From NCBI GenBank assembly GCA_029851265.1, contig CP099827.1:111107-175106 (forward strand): DNA of 64,000 nt, written 5' to 3'. Positions 11,059 through 21,403 of the stretch are shown here, one piece after another. Source of the stretch: Candidatus Shikimatogenerans bostrichidophilus. Its GTDB lineage: Bacteria > Bacteroidota > Bacteroidia > Flavobacteriales > Blattabacteriaceae. Below the pieces are notes generated by a model. It worked only from the letters and a program-made list of their open reading frames with translations. It was not told the DNA's origin and did no database searches. The number at the start of each line of letters is the position of its first letter. The first letter of the stretch is position 1. The translations under genes were made by a program, and so were the position numbers.

Positions 11059-12834
11059 ATGAAATATATAAGAAATTTTTGTATTATTGCACATATAGAT
11101 CATGGAAAAAGTACATTAGCTTATCAATTGTTAAAATATACAAAAACTATTAAAAATAAAAATAAATTATTAGATAATATGGATTTAGAAAAAGAAAAAG
11201 GTATAACTATTAAAAATCATATAGTACAAATAAAATATAAATATAAAAAAAATATATATACTTTAAATTTAATAGATACACCTGGTCATGCTGATTTTTC
11301 ATATGAAGTATATAAATCTATTTTAGCATGTGAAGGAGCTATATTATTGATAGATATATCAAAAAATATTCAATCTCAAACAATATCAAATCTTAATTTT
11401 GCTTTAGAAAAAAAAATTTATATTATTCCTGTATTAAATAAAATAGATTTAAATATAGATTATTATAATGTAAAAAAAGATGTTAAAAATTTAATTAAAT
11501 GTAATGATAAAGATATTTTACATATAAGTGCTAAAAAAGGTATAGGTATTAAAAAATTAATTAAATATATAATAGAAAAAATACCTTGTCCAAAAGGAAA
11601 TATTAATTTACCCTTACAAGCGTTAATTATAGATTCTTTTTATGATGATTATAAAGGAGTAATAATATATTTTAGAATATTTAATGGAATTATTAAAAAT
11701 AATGATAAAATAAAATTATTATCTAATAAAAAAATTATAAAAGTAGATAAATTGGGGTCATTACAAAAAAAAATTAAAACAAATAATAAAATATACGCTG
11801 GTAATGTAGGTTTTTTTTTATATAAAACAAAAAATATAGATAATATTATTATAGGTGATACTATTGTTTATAATAATGATATAAAAACTAAAAAAATAGT
11901 TAAATTAAATAATATAAAACCTATTTTTTATATAGGTATATATCCTATCGATAATAACGATTATAATAATTTAAAAATTGCTATAAAAAAACTTAAATTA
12001 AATGATTTTTCATTTACTTATTACAAAGATTTTTCTAATTCATTTGGTTTTGGCTTTAGATGTGGTTTTTTAGGAATTTTACATTTTGAAATAATTAAAG
12101 AAAGAATATTTAGAGAATATAAAATTATAATTATAACTACTATTCCTAATGTAAATTATAAAATAATATTAAAAAATAAAAAAAAAATTATTATAAATAA
12201 TCCATTAAAATTTCCTAATATAAATGATATTTTTTATATTAAAGAACCATATGTAAAAATTAATATATTAACTAATAGTCAATATATAGGAAAAATAATA
12301 TCATTTTGTATTAATAAAAGAGGTTTTTTTAAAAATCAAGAATATATATCATTATCAAAGATAAAATTAAAATTTGATATTCCTTACAGTGAAATAATAT
12401 ATGATTTTAATAATAAATTAAAAACTATTACTAAAGGATTTACATCAATTAATTATAATTTTATTGGTTATAAAAAATCTAATATAGTAAAAGTAGATAT
12501 ATACATAAATAATGTAATTGTTGATGGTTTTTCATTTTTATCTCATATAACTAATGCATTTATAAAAGGTAAAAATATATGTAAAAAATTAAAAAATTTA
12601 ATACCTAAAAAACAATTTGAAATACCAATACAAGCATATATATATAATAAAATAGTAGCTAGAGAAACTATATCATCTTTTAGAAAAGATGTAACATCAA
12701 AATGTTATGGAGGTGATATATCTAGAAAAATTAAATTATTAAAAAAACAAAAAGAAGGTAAAAAAAAAATGCGTAAAATAGGTAAAGTAGATTTACCTCA
12801 AAAAATTTTTTTATCATTAATTAATATAGAATAA
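11059..12834 (+). CDS. lepA: Translation elongation factor 4 (LepA)
   Basis: RNFCIIAHIDHGKSTL, DTPGHADF, GFGFRCGFLG and KCYGGDISRK. Confidence 0.98.
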   Translation: MKYIRNFCIIAHIDHGKSTLAYQLLKYTKTIKNKNKLLDNMDLEKEKGITIKNHIVQIKYKYKKNIYTLNLIDTPGHADFSYEVYKSILACEGAILLIDISKNIQSQTISNLNFALEKKIYIIPVLNKIDLNIDYYNVKKDVKNLIKCNDKDILHISAKKGIGIKKLIKYIIEKIPCPKGNINLPLQALIIDSFYDDYKGVIIYFRIFNGIIKNNDKIKLLSNKKIIKVDKLGSLQKKIKTNNKIYAGNVGFFLYKTKNIDNIIIGDTIVYNNDIKTKKIVKLNNIKPIFYIGIYPIDNNDYNNLKIAIKKLKLNDFSFTYYKDFSNSFGFGFRCGFLGILHFEIIKERIFREYKIIIITTIPNVNYKIILKNKKKIIINNPLKFPNINDIFYIKEPYVKINILTNSQYIGKIISFCINKRGFFKNQEYISLSKIKLKFDIPYSEIIYDFNNKLKTITKGFTSINYNFIGYKKSNIVKVDIYINNVIVDGFSFLSHITNAFIKGKNICKKLKNLIPKKQFEIPIQAYIYNKIVARETISSFRKDVTSKCYGGDISRKIKLLKKQKEGKKKMRKIGKVDLPQKIFLSLINIE

Positions 12835-12930
12835 AAATATTTTATATAAAAAAAAAATAAATGATTAATAATAATGTGTTTTTTAATTATATTTATAATA
12901 TAATTAGTATTGTGTTAATTTGTTAATTTT

Positions 12931-13019
12931 GGAGAGTTGCCGGAGTGGTTTAACGGAACAGTTTGCTAAACTGTCAGCTTTATTTATTAGCTACATGGGT
13001 TCAAATCCCATACTCTCCG
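12931..13019 (+). tRNA. tRNA-Ser(GCT)
   Basis: Acceptor GGAGAGT/ACTCTCC, anticodon arm ACAGT-TTGCTAA-ACTGT, long variable arm, TTCAAAT T-loop. Confidence 0.95.
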
Positions 13020-13020
13020 A

Positions 13021-13096
13021 CGGGGTGTAGCGTAGTCTGGATTATCGCGCCTGGTTTGGGACCAGGAGATCATAAGTTCAAATCTTGTCACCCCGA
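13021..13096 (+). tRNA. tRNA-Pro(TGG)
   Basis: Acceptor CGGGGTG/CACCCCG, anticodon arm CCTGG-TTTGGGA-CCAGG. Confidence 0.95.
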
Positions 13097-13127
13097 CCTA
13101 TAATTTAATTTATAAATATTATGAATT

Positions 13128-13201
13128 GGTCACGTAGCTCAGATGGATAGAGCAACTGCCTTCTAAGCAGTTGGTCACAGGTTCGAATCCTGTCGTGATC
13201 A
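13128..13201 (+). tRNA. tRNA-Arg(TCT)
   Basis: Acceptor GGTCACG/CGTGATC, anticodon arm ACTGC-CTTCTAA-GCAGT, GGTTCGAATCC. Confidence 0.96.
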
Positions 13202-13228
13202 TATTATTTTTTTTTGTTAATTAATTAA

Positions 13229-13645
13229 ATGAAAAAAAAAAATATAATAAATAAAAAAGCTTATTATGATTATTATTTAATAGAAAAATTTAATGCTGGT
13301 ATGATTTTATTTGGTGAAGAAGTAAAATTAATAAGACAAAATAAATTTAATATATATCTTTCTTATTGTAAAATTAAAAATAATGAAATATATATTTATA
13401 ATTTTAAAATACATAATAAAAAAATAAGAAATATTAAATTATTATTGTTAAAAAAAGAAATTAATAAAATTAATAAAAAAATAAAAAATAATAATTTAAC
13501 TATAATACCTACAAAAATTTTTTATTCTTATAGTGGATTTATTAAATTAGAAATTTTTATATCTAAAAGAAAAAAAATATATGATATAAAAAAAATAATA
13601 AAAAAAAAAGATAAAAAAAAAAATAAAGATTATAATAATTTTTAA
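13229..13645 (+). CDS. smpB: SsrA-binding protein SmpB
   Basis: NKKAYYDY, AGMILFGEEVK, KLLLLKKEI, LTIIPTK and KKIYD. Confidence 0.93.
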   Translation: MKKKNIINKKAYYDYYLIEKFNAGMILFGEEVKLIRQNKFNIYLSYCKIKNNEIYIYNFKIHNKKIRNIKLLLLKKEINKINKKIKNNNLTIIPTKIFYSYSGFIKLEIFISKRKKIYDIKKIIKKKDKKKNKDYNNF

Positions 13646-13708
13646 AAAAAATATTAATTAAGTTATAAATTTATTTTTAATAATTTTATAACTTAATTAA
13701 TATTTTTT
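13646..13708. terminator. 24-bp perfect inverted repeat between convergent smpB and DAHP synthase genes
   Basis: AAAAAATATTAATTAAGTTATAAA (13646-13669) pairs with TTTATAACTTAATTAATATTTTTT (13685-13708); 15-nt loop. Confidence 0.65.
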
Positions 13709-13715
13709 AAAAAAA

Positions 13716-14777
13716 TTATTTAATTTGTATTTCTATTGATTTTTTATGTATTTCGTCAAAAATTTGTTGTATTAAATGTTCATCTAAATTTAAAACATTA
13801 CACATTTTTTTGTAATTTTCTTTAATCTTTAACATTATTTCTTTTTGTAATATTTCTATATTATATTTATTTTTAATTTTACCAATATTTTTAGAAGTTA
13901 TAAATCTATTATGTAATAAATGAATTATATTTTCATCTATTTCTTTTATATTTGTTCTATACATATTTAAATCATTTATATATTGTTTATTGATTTTTTT
14001 TTTTAATAATATTTTATTTAATATTTTTGTTAAATTTTCAGGAGTAATTTGTTGATTAGAATCACTTAATGCTTTTTTAGGGTTGTTATGAGTTTCTATC
14101 ATTAATCCATCATATCCAAAATTTATAGCTTTTTCTGAAATTTCATAAATTCTTTCAGTATTTCCAGCTATATGTGAAGGATCACATATTATAGGTATAT
14201 TAGGATATTTTTTTTTTAATTTTAATACTTCTAACCAACATGGTTCATTTCTATATTTATAACTTTTATATATAGAAAAACCTCTATGAATTAATCCTAT
14301 ATTTTTAATATTATTTTTTATCAATCTTTCTATAGATCCTATCCATAATTCAATATCTAAATTTAAAGGATTTTTTACTAAAACAATATTATTATAATTT
14401 TTTAAATTATCAGCTATTTCTTGCATTGTAAAAGGATTACAAGTACTTCTAGCTCCTATCCATAAAACATCTATTTTATATTTTAAAGCTAATTTTATAT
14501 GATGTTTATTTGCAACTTCAGTAGCTAATAAAATATTATTTTTTTCTCTTGCTTTAACCATCCATTTTAAACCATTTTCACCTACTCCTTCAAACATACC
14601 TGGTTTAGTTCTAGGTTTCCATATTCCAGATCTAAATATTTCTACATATGATTTATTTAATTTATTAGAAATTTTTAAAATTTGTTTTTCATTTTCTGCA
14701 CTACATGGTCCAGATATTATTAATGGATAAGAAAATTTTTTAATCCAATTATTATTTATTTTTTTAAGTAAATCCAT
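13716..14777 (-). CDS. aroG: Bifunctional DAHP synthase / chorismate mutase (Bacteroidota type)
   Basis: ISGPCSAE, WKPRTKPGMFEG, WIGARS, CDPSHIAG and SDSNQQ, followed by a C-terminal AroQ-like domain (YRTNI..ID..NR..IG..K..SIEIQ). Confidence 0.92.
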   Translation of the reverse strand: MDLLKKINNNWIKKFSYPLIISGPCSAENEKQILKISNKLNKSYVEIFRSGIWKPRTKPGMFEGVGENGLKWMVKAREKNNILLATEVANKHHIKLALKYKIDVLWIGARSTCNPFTMQEIADNLKNYNNIVLVKNPLNLDIELWIGSIERLIKNNIKNIGLIHRGFSIYKSYKYRNEPCWLEVLKLKKKYPNIPIICDPSHIAGNTERIYEISEKAINFGYDGLMIETHNNPKKALSDSNQQITPENLTKILNKILLKKKINKQYINDLNMYRTNIKEIDENIIHLLHNRFITSKNIGKIKNKYNIEILQKEIMLKIKENYKKMCNVLNLDEHLIQQIFDEIHKKSIEIQIK

Positions 14778-14804
14778 AATATAATAATAATAAAAAATAT
14801 ATGT

Positions 14805-15284
14805 TTAATATAATAAATTTAATTTTTTTTTAATTTTATTTTTTTTTTTTTTTGATAAATAATCTATTAATAATTTACCATTAATATGATCATATTCATG
14901 TTGAAATATTATAGATAAAATATTATATAATTTTTTAATATGTTTTTTCCATTTATAATCATAATATTTAACTAATATATTTTCTTTTCTTACTATTTTT
15001 TCATATATATTAGGTAAACTTAAACAACCTTCTTTACTTATAATATTTTTTTTACTATATTTTATAATTTTTGGATTAATAACAGTAATTTTAATATTTT
15101 TAATTCCTATTATAAATAAATTAATATTTTTACCTATTTGTGGAGCTGCTAATCCTATACCTTTATAAAAATACATAGTATCAAACATATTATTTATAAT
15201 TTTTATAATATTTTTATTATTATATATTTTTATATTTTTTTTTCTTAATTTTTTATTTCCATATAATAATATAGGTAATATCAT
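14805..15284 (-). CDS. def: Peptide deformylase
   Basis: GIGLAAPQIG, EGCLSLP and QHEYDHING motifs. Confidence 0.98.
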   Translation of the reverse strand: MILPILLYGNKKLRKKNIKIYNNKNIIKIINNMFDTMYFYKGIGLAAPQIGKNINLFIIGIKNIKITVINPKIIKYSKKNIISKEGCLSLPNIYEKIVRKENILVKYYDYKWKKHIKKLYNILSIIFQHEYDHINGKLLIDYLSKKKKNKIKKKLNLLY

Positions 15285-15703
15285 ATTTTTTTTTTTTTTA
15301 AAAAAGATTGTAATATTAAAATAGAACTAATTATATTTATTTTATTTTTTTTATTTTTTTTTTTAATATTCATAAAATATAACCAATATTCAGCTAATTT
15401 TGAAGTAAATCTTTCATCTACTAATTCAACTCTAATTTTTGGAAACATATTTAAAATTTTATTTTTAATTTCGTATATTTTTATTGTAATATCTTGATTT
15501 TTATTATTTAATGTTTTAGGTTCACCTAAAACTATTATATATATATTTTCTTTAATAATAATTTTTTTTAAAAAATTTAATAAATTATTACTTTTAATAC
15601 AACATAATCCTAAAGCTATTTTATTTGTTGAATCTGTTATTGATATACCTGATCTTTTATATCCATAATCTATACATAATATTTTTTTTTTTATTTTAAT
15701 CAT
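15281..15703 (-). CDS. ruvX: YqgF/RuvX family RNase H-fold nuclease (pre-16S rRNA processing)
   Basis: ILCIDYGYKRSGISITD, IVLGEP and VDERFTS. Confidence 0.92.
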   Translation of the reverse strand: MIKIKKKILCIDYGYKRSGISITDSTNKIALGLCCIKSNNLLNFLKKIIIKENIYIIVLGEPKTLNNKNQDITIKIYEIKNKILNMFPKIRVELVDERFTSKLAEYWLYFMNIKKKNKKNKINIISSILILQSFLKKKKI

Positions 15704-15740
15704 TAATTTTTTTATTTAATTTAATTATTTTATTAATATT

Positions 15741-17186
15741 ATGTTGTTAAAAAAATATAAAAAAAAAATTTTATTAAAATTAAATAATAATAAAATATTT
15801 AAAATAATTTCTAAATTAAGTAAAATATTAAATTATAAATCTTATTTAATAGGTGGATATGTAAGAAATTTATTTTTAAAAAAAAAATACAATACAGATA
15901 TAGATATTGTAACTACTGGTGATAGTATTATTTTAGCTAAAAAATTTGCAAAAATTATATTTTCTAAAAAAATATATTATTTTAAAAGATTTAAAACTGC
16001 TATTGTTAAATATAAAACATATAACATAGAATTTGTTAGTACACGTAAAGAAACATATAATATATATAATAATAAACCTAATATAAAAATTTTTAAATCT
16101 ATTAAAGATGATCAAAGTAGAAGAGATTTTACTATAAATTCTATAGCTATTAGTTTAAATATAAATGATTTTGGTAATATTATAGATACATATAATGGGA
16201 TAAATGACATTAAAAAAAAAATAATTAAAACACCAATAAATCCTAATATAACTTTTTATGATGACCCTTTAAGAATGATAAGAGCTATTAGATTTTCTAG
16301 TCAATTAAATTTTAAAATTAATAAAAAATCTATAAAATCAATTTTAAAAAATAGAGATAGAATAAGAATTATATCTATAGAAAGAATAATTCAAGAATTT
16401 AATAAAATAATATTATCTGATAAACCTTCAATAGGGTTAAAATTAATGTATAAATTTGGTTTTTTATCTATTATATTACCTGAATTTGTTGATTTAAAAG
16501 GTAAAACTAATTATAATGGTTTTTCATATAAAGATAATTTTTTACATACATTAAATGTAATTGATAATATTAGTAAATTAACTAATAAATTATGGTTAAA
16601 ATGGGCAACTTTATTACATGATATAGGGAAATCAATATCTAAAAAATATATTCATAAAAATGGATGGACATTTTATTTACATGAAATAATAGGATCAAAT
16701 ATGATTCCTCAAATTTTTCATAGATTAAAATTACCTATGAAAAATAATATGAAATATGTACAAAATATTATAAAATATAGTAACAAACCAATATGTTTAT
16801 CTAAAAAAAATGTTAAAAATTCTACTATTAGAAAATTTATTTATGAAATAGGTAAAAATAATATTAAAGATATAATTAAATTATGTAATTGTGATATAAC
16901 TACTAAAAACATTAATAAAAAAAAAAAATTAATTAAAAAAGTAAATAATTTATATAAAAAAATAAAAAAAATAGAAAAAAGAGATAAAATTTATAATATG
17001 AAAATACCTATTACTGGAAATGATATAATGAAAAAATTTAATATTAAACCATGTAAAATAATAGGTAAAATTAAAAAATATATTAAAAACTCTATAATTA
17101 ATGGTTATATAAAAAATAATTATAAAGAAGCATATAAATTGATGATAAAAAAAGGAAAAAAATTAATATTTTTTAAAAAAAAATGA
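15741..17186 (+). CDS. cca: CCA tRNA nucleotidyltransferase with HD domain
   Basis: GGYVRN..DIDIV, RRDFTINS, DDPLRMIRAIRF and LLHDIGK. Confidence 0.92.
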   Translation: MLLKKYKKKILLKLNNNKIFKIISKLSKILNYKSYLIGGYVRNLFLKKKYNTDIDIVTTGDSIILAKKFAKIIFSKKIYYFKRFKTAIVKYKTYNIEFVSTRKETYNIYNNKPNIKIFKSIKDDQSRRDFTINSIAISLNINDFGNIIDTYNGINDIKKKIIKTPINPNITFYDDPLRMIRAIRFSSQLNFKINKKSIKSILKNRDRIRIISIERIIQEFNKIILSDKPSIGLKLMYKFGFLSIILPEFVDLKGKTNYNGFSYKDNFLHTLNVIDNISKLTNKLWLKWATLLHDIGKSISKKYIHKNGWTFYLHEIIGSNMIPQIFHRLKLPMKNNMKYVQNIIKYSNKPICLSKKNVKNSTIRKFIYEIGKNNIKDIIKLCNCDITTKNINKKKKLIKKVNNLYKKIKKIEKRDKIYNMKIPITGNDIMKKFNIKPCKIIGKIKKYIKNSIINGYIKNNYKEAYKLMIKKGKKLIFFKKK

Positions 17187-18667
17187 AAAATATTATTAAA
17201 TTTTTACCAGAAAAAATATTAAATAAAATTTCTTCAGGGGAAACAATAAAAAATTATTCATCTATAGTTAAAGAATTAGTAGAAAATTCTATAGATGCAA
17301 AATCAAAAAATATATCTATTAATATAGATAATTTTACAGATTGTATTACTGTTATAGATGATGGTTATGGTATGTTATATAATGATGCAATTATAAGTTT
17401 TAAAAACGGTACTACTTCTAAAATTAAAAAAATAGATGATTTATTTAATATTAAAACTATAGGATATAGAGGAAATGCTTTGTATTCTATTTCTAGTATT
17501 TCTATAATGGAAATAATAACAAAACATAAATTAAGTAAAATAGGATTTAAAATAATAATAGAATATGGTAAAATAATAAAAAAAATACCATTTGTTTGTA
17601 ATAATGGTAGTTGTTTTATAATAAAAAATATTTTTTATAATATCCCCCAAAAAAAAAAATTTTTATTATCTAAAGAATATGAATTTAATAAAATAATTAA
17701 AGATTTATATAAAATAATGATATGTTATAATAAAATAAATTTTAAATTATATAATAATAAAAAATTAATATTTAATTTAAATAAATCTTCACTTATAGAT
17801 AGAATATATAATATATTTTTAAAAAAAATTAAATTTAAAAAAGATTTATTTTTAAATTTTAAAAAAAAAAAAAAAATAAAATTAAAATTTTATTTTTTTA
17901 ATAAAAAATATATAAATTTTTTTAAAAGTAAAAAAATAAAAATAAAATATATTTTTATAAATAATAGATATATAAAAAATATAGAATATTATAAAATAAT
18001 AAATAATTTATTATATAAATATATTAATATTAAAAATTTAATTTATTTAATTTTTTTAAAAATAAATAATAAATATATAAATATTAATATTTTACCTAAT
18101 AAAACAAAAATACAAATTAAAAATAATAAATATGTAAAACAATTTATAATTTGTTGTTTTAAAAAATTTTTTAATTTTATTTTTTTTTTTATATATAAAA
18201 TATTTATTTATTTTTTTTTTATTTATAAAATAATTTTCATTAAAAAATTTTTTGTTTTTAAAAAAAAATATAAAAATCAAATATTATTAATACCTATTAA
18301 ATTTAATATTCCTTATTTTATTTCAAATAAACAAATAAAATTTTTATTTTTTTTTTTAAAAAAAAAAATAAAAATAATAATAAAAAAAAGAATAATTTAT
18401 ATATATTCTATACCTTATTTTTTAGATAATTCTATAATTATAGAATTATTTAATAATATTTTTATTAATATAAAAGAAAAAAAAACAAAAATAAATATCA
18501 AAAAAATAATATTAATTTTGTTTTCTAAATTAATTTATAAAAAAGATAATATTATAAATATTTTAAATATTAATTCTTTTTTATATAAACTTTTTAATTA
18601 TAAAAATTTTTTATTTTCTCCTAGTAAAAAAAAAATATTTTTTTTTAAAAAAAAACATATTTTATAA
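17183..18667 (+). CDS. mutL: DNA mismatch repair protein MutL (C-terminal half highly degenerate)
   Basis: GHKL motifs VKELVENSIDA, DDGYGM, TSKI and TIGYRGNALYSI. Confidence 0.9.
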   Translation: MKNIIKFLPEKILNKISSGETIKNYSSIVKELVENSIDAKSKNISINIDNFTDCITVIDDGYGMLYNDAIISFKNGTTSKIKKIDDLFNIKTIGYRGNALYSISSISIMEIITKHKLSKIGFKIIIEYGKIIKKIPFVCNNGSCFIIKNIFYNIPQKKKFLLSKEYEFNKIIKDLYKIMICYNKINFKLYNNKKLIFNLNKSSLIDRIYNIFLKKIKFKKDLFLNFKKKKKIKLKFYFFNKKYINFFKSKKIKIKYIFINNRYIKNIEYYKIINNLLYKYINIKNLIYLIFLKINNKYININILPNKTKIQIKNNKYVKQFIICCFKKFFNFIFFFIYKIFIYFFFIYKIIFIKKFFVFKKKYKNQILLIPIKFNIPYFISNKQIKFLFFFLKKKIKIIIKKRIIYIYSIPYFLDNSIIIELFNNIFINIKEKKTKINIKKIILILFSKLIYKKDNIINILNINSFLYKLFNYKNFLFSPSKKKIFFFKKKHIL

Positions 18668-18674
18668 ATATTTT

Positions 18675-19286
18675 TTAAATAGGTATATATATAATTTTTT
18701 TATGTTTATAAAATTTATTATTAATATATTTATTTATATTTAATATGTAATAATATTTATTTATATTTATATTTTTTTTTTTCTCTCCTGTTAAATATAT
18801 AATACCATTATGAATATAATGAATAGATTTTTTTTTTATGTTATTTTTTAGTAATATATATATCTTATTTATATTACATAAATATCTACTTACTATAAAA
18901 TCAAATTTTTTATATACATTTTCTATTCTAGAATTTAAAATATATACATTTTTTAATTTTAATTTTTTAATTATTATTTTTAAACATTTTGTTTTTTTTT
19001 TAATAGAATCAACTAAATAAAATTTAGTTCTATTAAAAATTATTGATAATGGTATACCAGGGAAACCACCACCTGTACCAGCGTCCATAATTTCACTATT
19101 AGGTAAAAATTTAATTATATTTATAATTGATAAAGAATATTCTATATGATTAATATAAAAATTTTTTAAACTTTTTTTTGAAATTAAATTAATTTTTTTA
19201 TTTAAAATACTATGTATTTTTTTTAATAAAATAATTTTTTTAATTTTATTTTTATTAATTTTAATAAAATTATTTTTTATTTTCAT
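18675..19286 (-). CDS. rsmG: 16S rRNA m7G527 methyltransferase RsmG
   Basis: INLIS, HIEYSL, MDAGTGGGFPGIPL, LVDSIKKK and FDFIVSR. Confidence 0.95.
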   Translation of the reverse strand: MKIKNNFIKINKNKIKKIILLKKIHSILNKKINLISKKSLKNFYINHIEYSLSIINIIKFLPNSEIMDAGTGGGFPGIPLSIIFNRTKFYLVDSIKKKTKCLKIIIKKLKLKNVYILNSRIENVYKKFDFIVSRYLCNINKIYILLKNNIKKKSIHYIHNGIIYLTGEKKKNININKYYYILNINKYINNKFYKHKKIIYIPI

Positions 19287-19295
19287 TTATAAAAA

Positions 19296-19371
19296 GGTGA
19301 ACGACTGGACTTGAACCAGCAACCCTCAGAACCACAATCTGATGCTCTAACCTATTTGAGCTACGCTCACC
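19296..19371 (-). tRNA. tRNA-His(GTG)
   Basis: Reverse complement gives G(-1)GTGAGCG..CGTTCACC; anticodon arm TCAGA-TTGTGGT-TCTGA. Confidence 0.95.
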
Positions 19372-19456
19372 ATTTATTTTATTAATAATAAATATAATAT
19401 ATTATTTTATTTAATTAAAATTTTTTTTTATAAAAAATATATAATTATTTATTAAT

Positions 19457-21172
19457 ATGTATAGAACACATAATTGCGGAGAATTAAGATTATATAATTG
19501 TAATCAAAAAGTTATATTATCTGGGTGGGTTAATAAAATTAGAATAATGAAAAATTATTATTTTATAGATATAAGAGACTTTTATGGTATAACTCAATTA
19601 TTAGTTTTTAAAGAAAATAAATATTCAATTAAAAATGAATATGTTATTAAAATAGAAGGAATAGTTAAAAAAAGAAAAAAAAAAAATAAAAATATATGTA
19701 CTGGAGATATTGAAGTTTTAGTAAAAAAAATAAAAATAATAAATAAATCTAAAATTTTACCTTTTAATATAGAAAAAAAACCAAAAGTAAATAAAAATAT
19801 AAGATTTAAATATAGATATCTTGATTTTAGAAGAAATGAAATTAAAAATAATTTAATTATAAGATCTAAAATAATAAATATGATTAGATTATTTTTTATT
19901 AAAAATAATTTTATTGAATTAGAAACTCCATTTTTAGTTAAATCTTCATCTGAAGGAGCTAGAGATTTTATTATACCATCTAGAAATTATAAAGGATATT
20001 TTTATTCTTTACCACAATCACCTCAAATATTTAAACAATTATTTATGATAGGTGGTATTGATAAATATTTTCAAATAGTTAAATGTTTTAGAGATGAAGA
20101 TTTAAGAAATAATAGACAACCAGAGTTTACACAATTAGATATTGAAATGTCTTTTATAAAAAAAAAAGATATTATTTATTTAATAGAAAAATTTATTAAA
20201 TTTTTAATTTATAAATTATATAATCAATCTTTTATAAATTTTAAAAAATTAAGTTATAAAAACGTAATAAATATATATAATACAGATAAACCTGATTTAA
20301 GATATAAATTATATGAAATAGATATAAAAAAAAAATATATAAAAAAAAAAATAATTAATAATAATAAAATATTAAGTTTTATATTACCAAATTTTTTAAA
20401 TATATTAAATGTTAATATTGAAAATATAATATCATTGTTAAATAGTTGTATAAATAAAAAATATAAAATTTTTATATTTGATATGAAAAAAAATAAATAT
20501 AATAAAGAAAATATAAATATTTTTTTAAATAATAAAATTTTAAATAATATAATATATAAAAATTTTTTTTCAGAATATGATATATTAATAGTATTATTAT
20601 TAGAAAAATTAGATAATAAAATATATAAATATATTATAAAAAATATAAATAATTTTTTATTTAATTCTAAATATAATAAAAATATATATATACCTATATG
20701 GATTTATGATTTCCCTTTATTTAAATATGATTTTAAAAAAAAAAAATATAATTCTTTTCATCATCCTTTTACTAAACCTAAAAAAATAAATAATAAAAAA
20801 TTGTATAAAAGTATTTCTAATGCTTATGATTTAATAATTAATGGTATTGAAATAGGTAGTGGCTCTATAAGGATTAATAATAGAAAATTACAAGAAAATA
20901 TATTAAATTTATTAGGTTTATCTAAAAAAGAAATATATAATAAATTTGGTTTTTTTTTAAATGCTTTAGAATATGGTACACCACCACATGGAGGAATTGG
21001 TATAGGAATAGATAGATTAATTTTATTACTTTTAAATAAAAAAGATATTAAAGATTTTATAGCTTTTCCAAAAAATAATGAAAATAAAGATATAATGTTA
21101 GATACTCCTTCTTATATAGAAAGAGATAAATTATTAGAATTAGGTATAAAAATTAAAAAAAATGAAAAATAA
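19457..21172 (+). CDS. aspS: Aspartate--tRNA ligase
   Basis: [44 protein letters not shown] and [12 protein letters not shown]. Confidence 0.98.
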   Translation: MYRTHNCGELRLYNCNQKVILSGWVNKIRIMKNYYFIDIRDFYGITQLLVFKENKYSIKNEYVIKIEGIVKKRKKKNKNICTGDIEVLVKKIKIINKSKILPFNIEKKPKVNKNIRFKYRYLDFRRNEIKNNLIIRSKIINMIRLFFIKNNFIELETPFLVKSSSEGARDFIIPSRNYKGYFYSLPQSPQIFKQLFMIGGIDKYFQIVKCFRDEDLRNNRQPEFTQLDIEMSFIKKKDIIYLIEKFIKFLIYKLYNQSFINFKKLSYKNVINIYNTDKPDLRYKLYEIDIKKKYIKKKIINNNKILSFILPNFLNILNVNIENIISLLNSCINKKYKIFIFDMKKNKYNKENINIFLNNKILNNIIYKNFFSEYDILIVLLLEKLDNKIYKYIIKNINNFLFNSKYNKNIYIPIWIYDFPLFKYDFKKKKYNSFHHPFTKPKKINNKKLYKSISNAYDLIINGIEIGSGSIRINNRKLQENILNLLGLSKKEIYNKFGFFLNALEYGTPPHGGIGIGIDRLILLLLNKKDIKDFIAFPKNNENKDIMLDTPSYIERDKLLELGIKIKKNEK

Positions 21173-21386
21173 AATAAATAAAAAATATTATATAAATCAA
21201 ATTGTTTTATTAACTACTAAAATTTATAATTTAAGTAAACATTTAAAAAAAAATAATAAAGATTATAATACTGAAAGAACATTATTAAAAATAGTTAATA
21301 AAAGAAAAAAAAATTTAAAATATATAAAAAAAAAAGATATTAATTTGTATTTACAAATTAAAGAAAAATTTAAAATTAGAAAATAA
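21162..21386 (+). CDS. rpsO: 30S ribosomal protein S15 (N-terminally shortened)
   Basis: [30 protein letters not shown]; conserved rpsO-pnp order. Confidence 0.9.
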   Translation: MKNKINKKYYINQIVLLTTKIYNLSKHLKKNNKDYNTERTLLKIVNKRKKNLKYIKKKDINLYLQIKEKFKIRK

Positions 21387-21403
21387 TAAAGTTTTTTAAA
21401 AAA

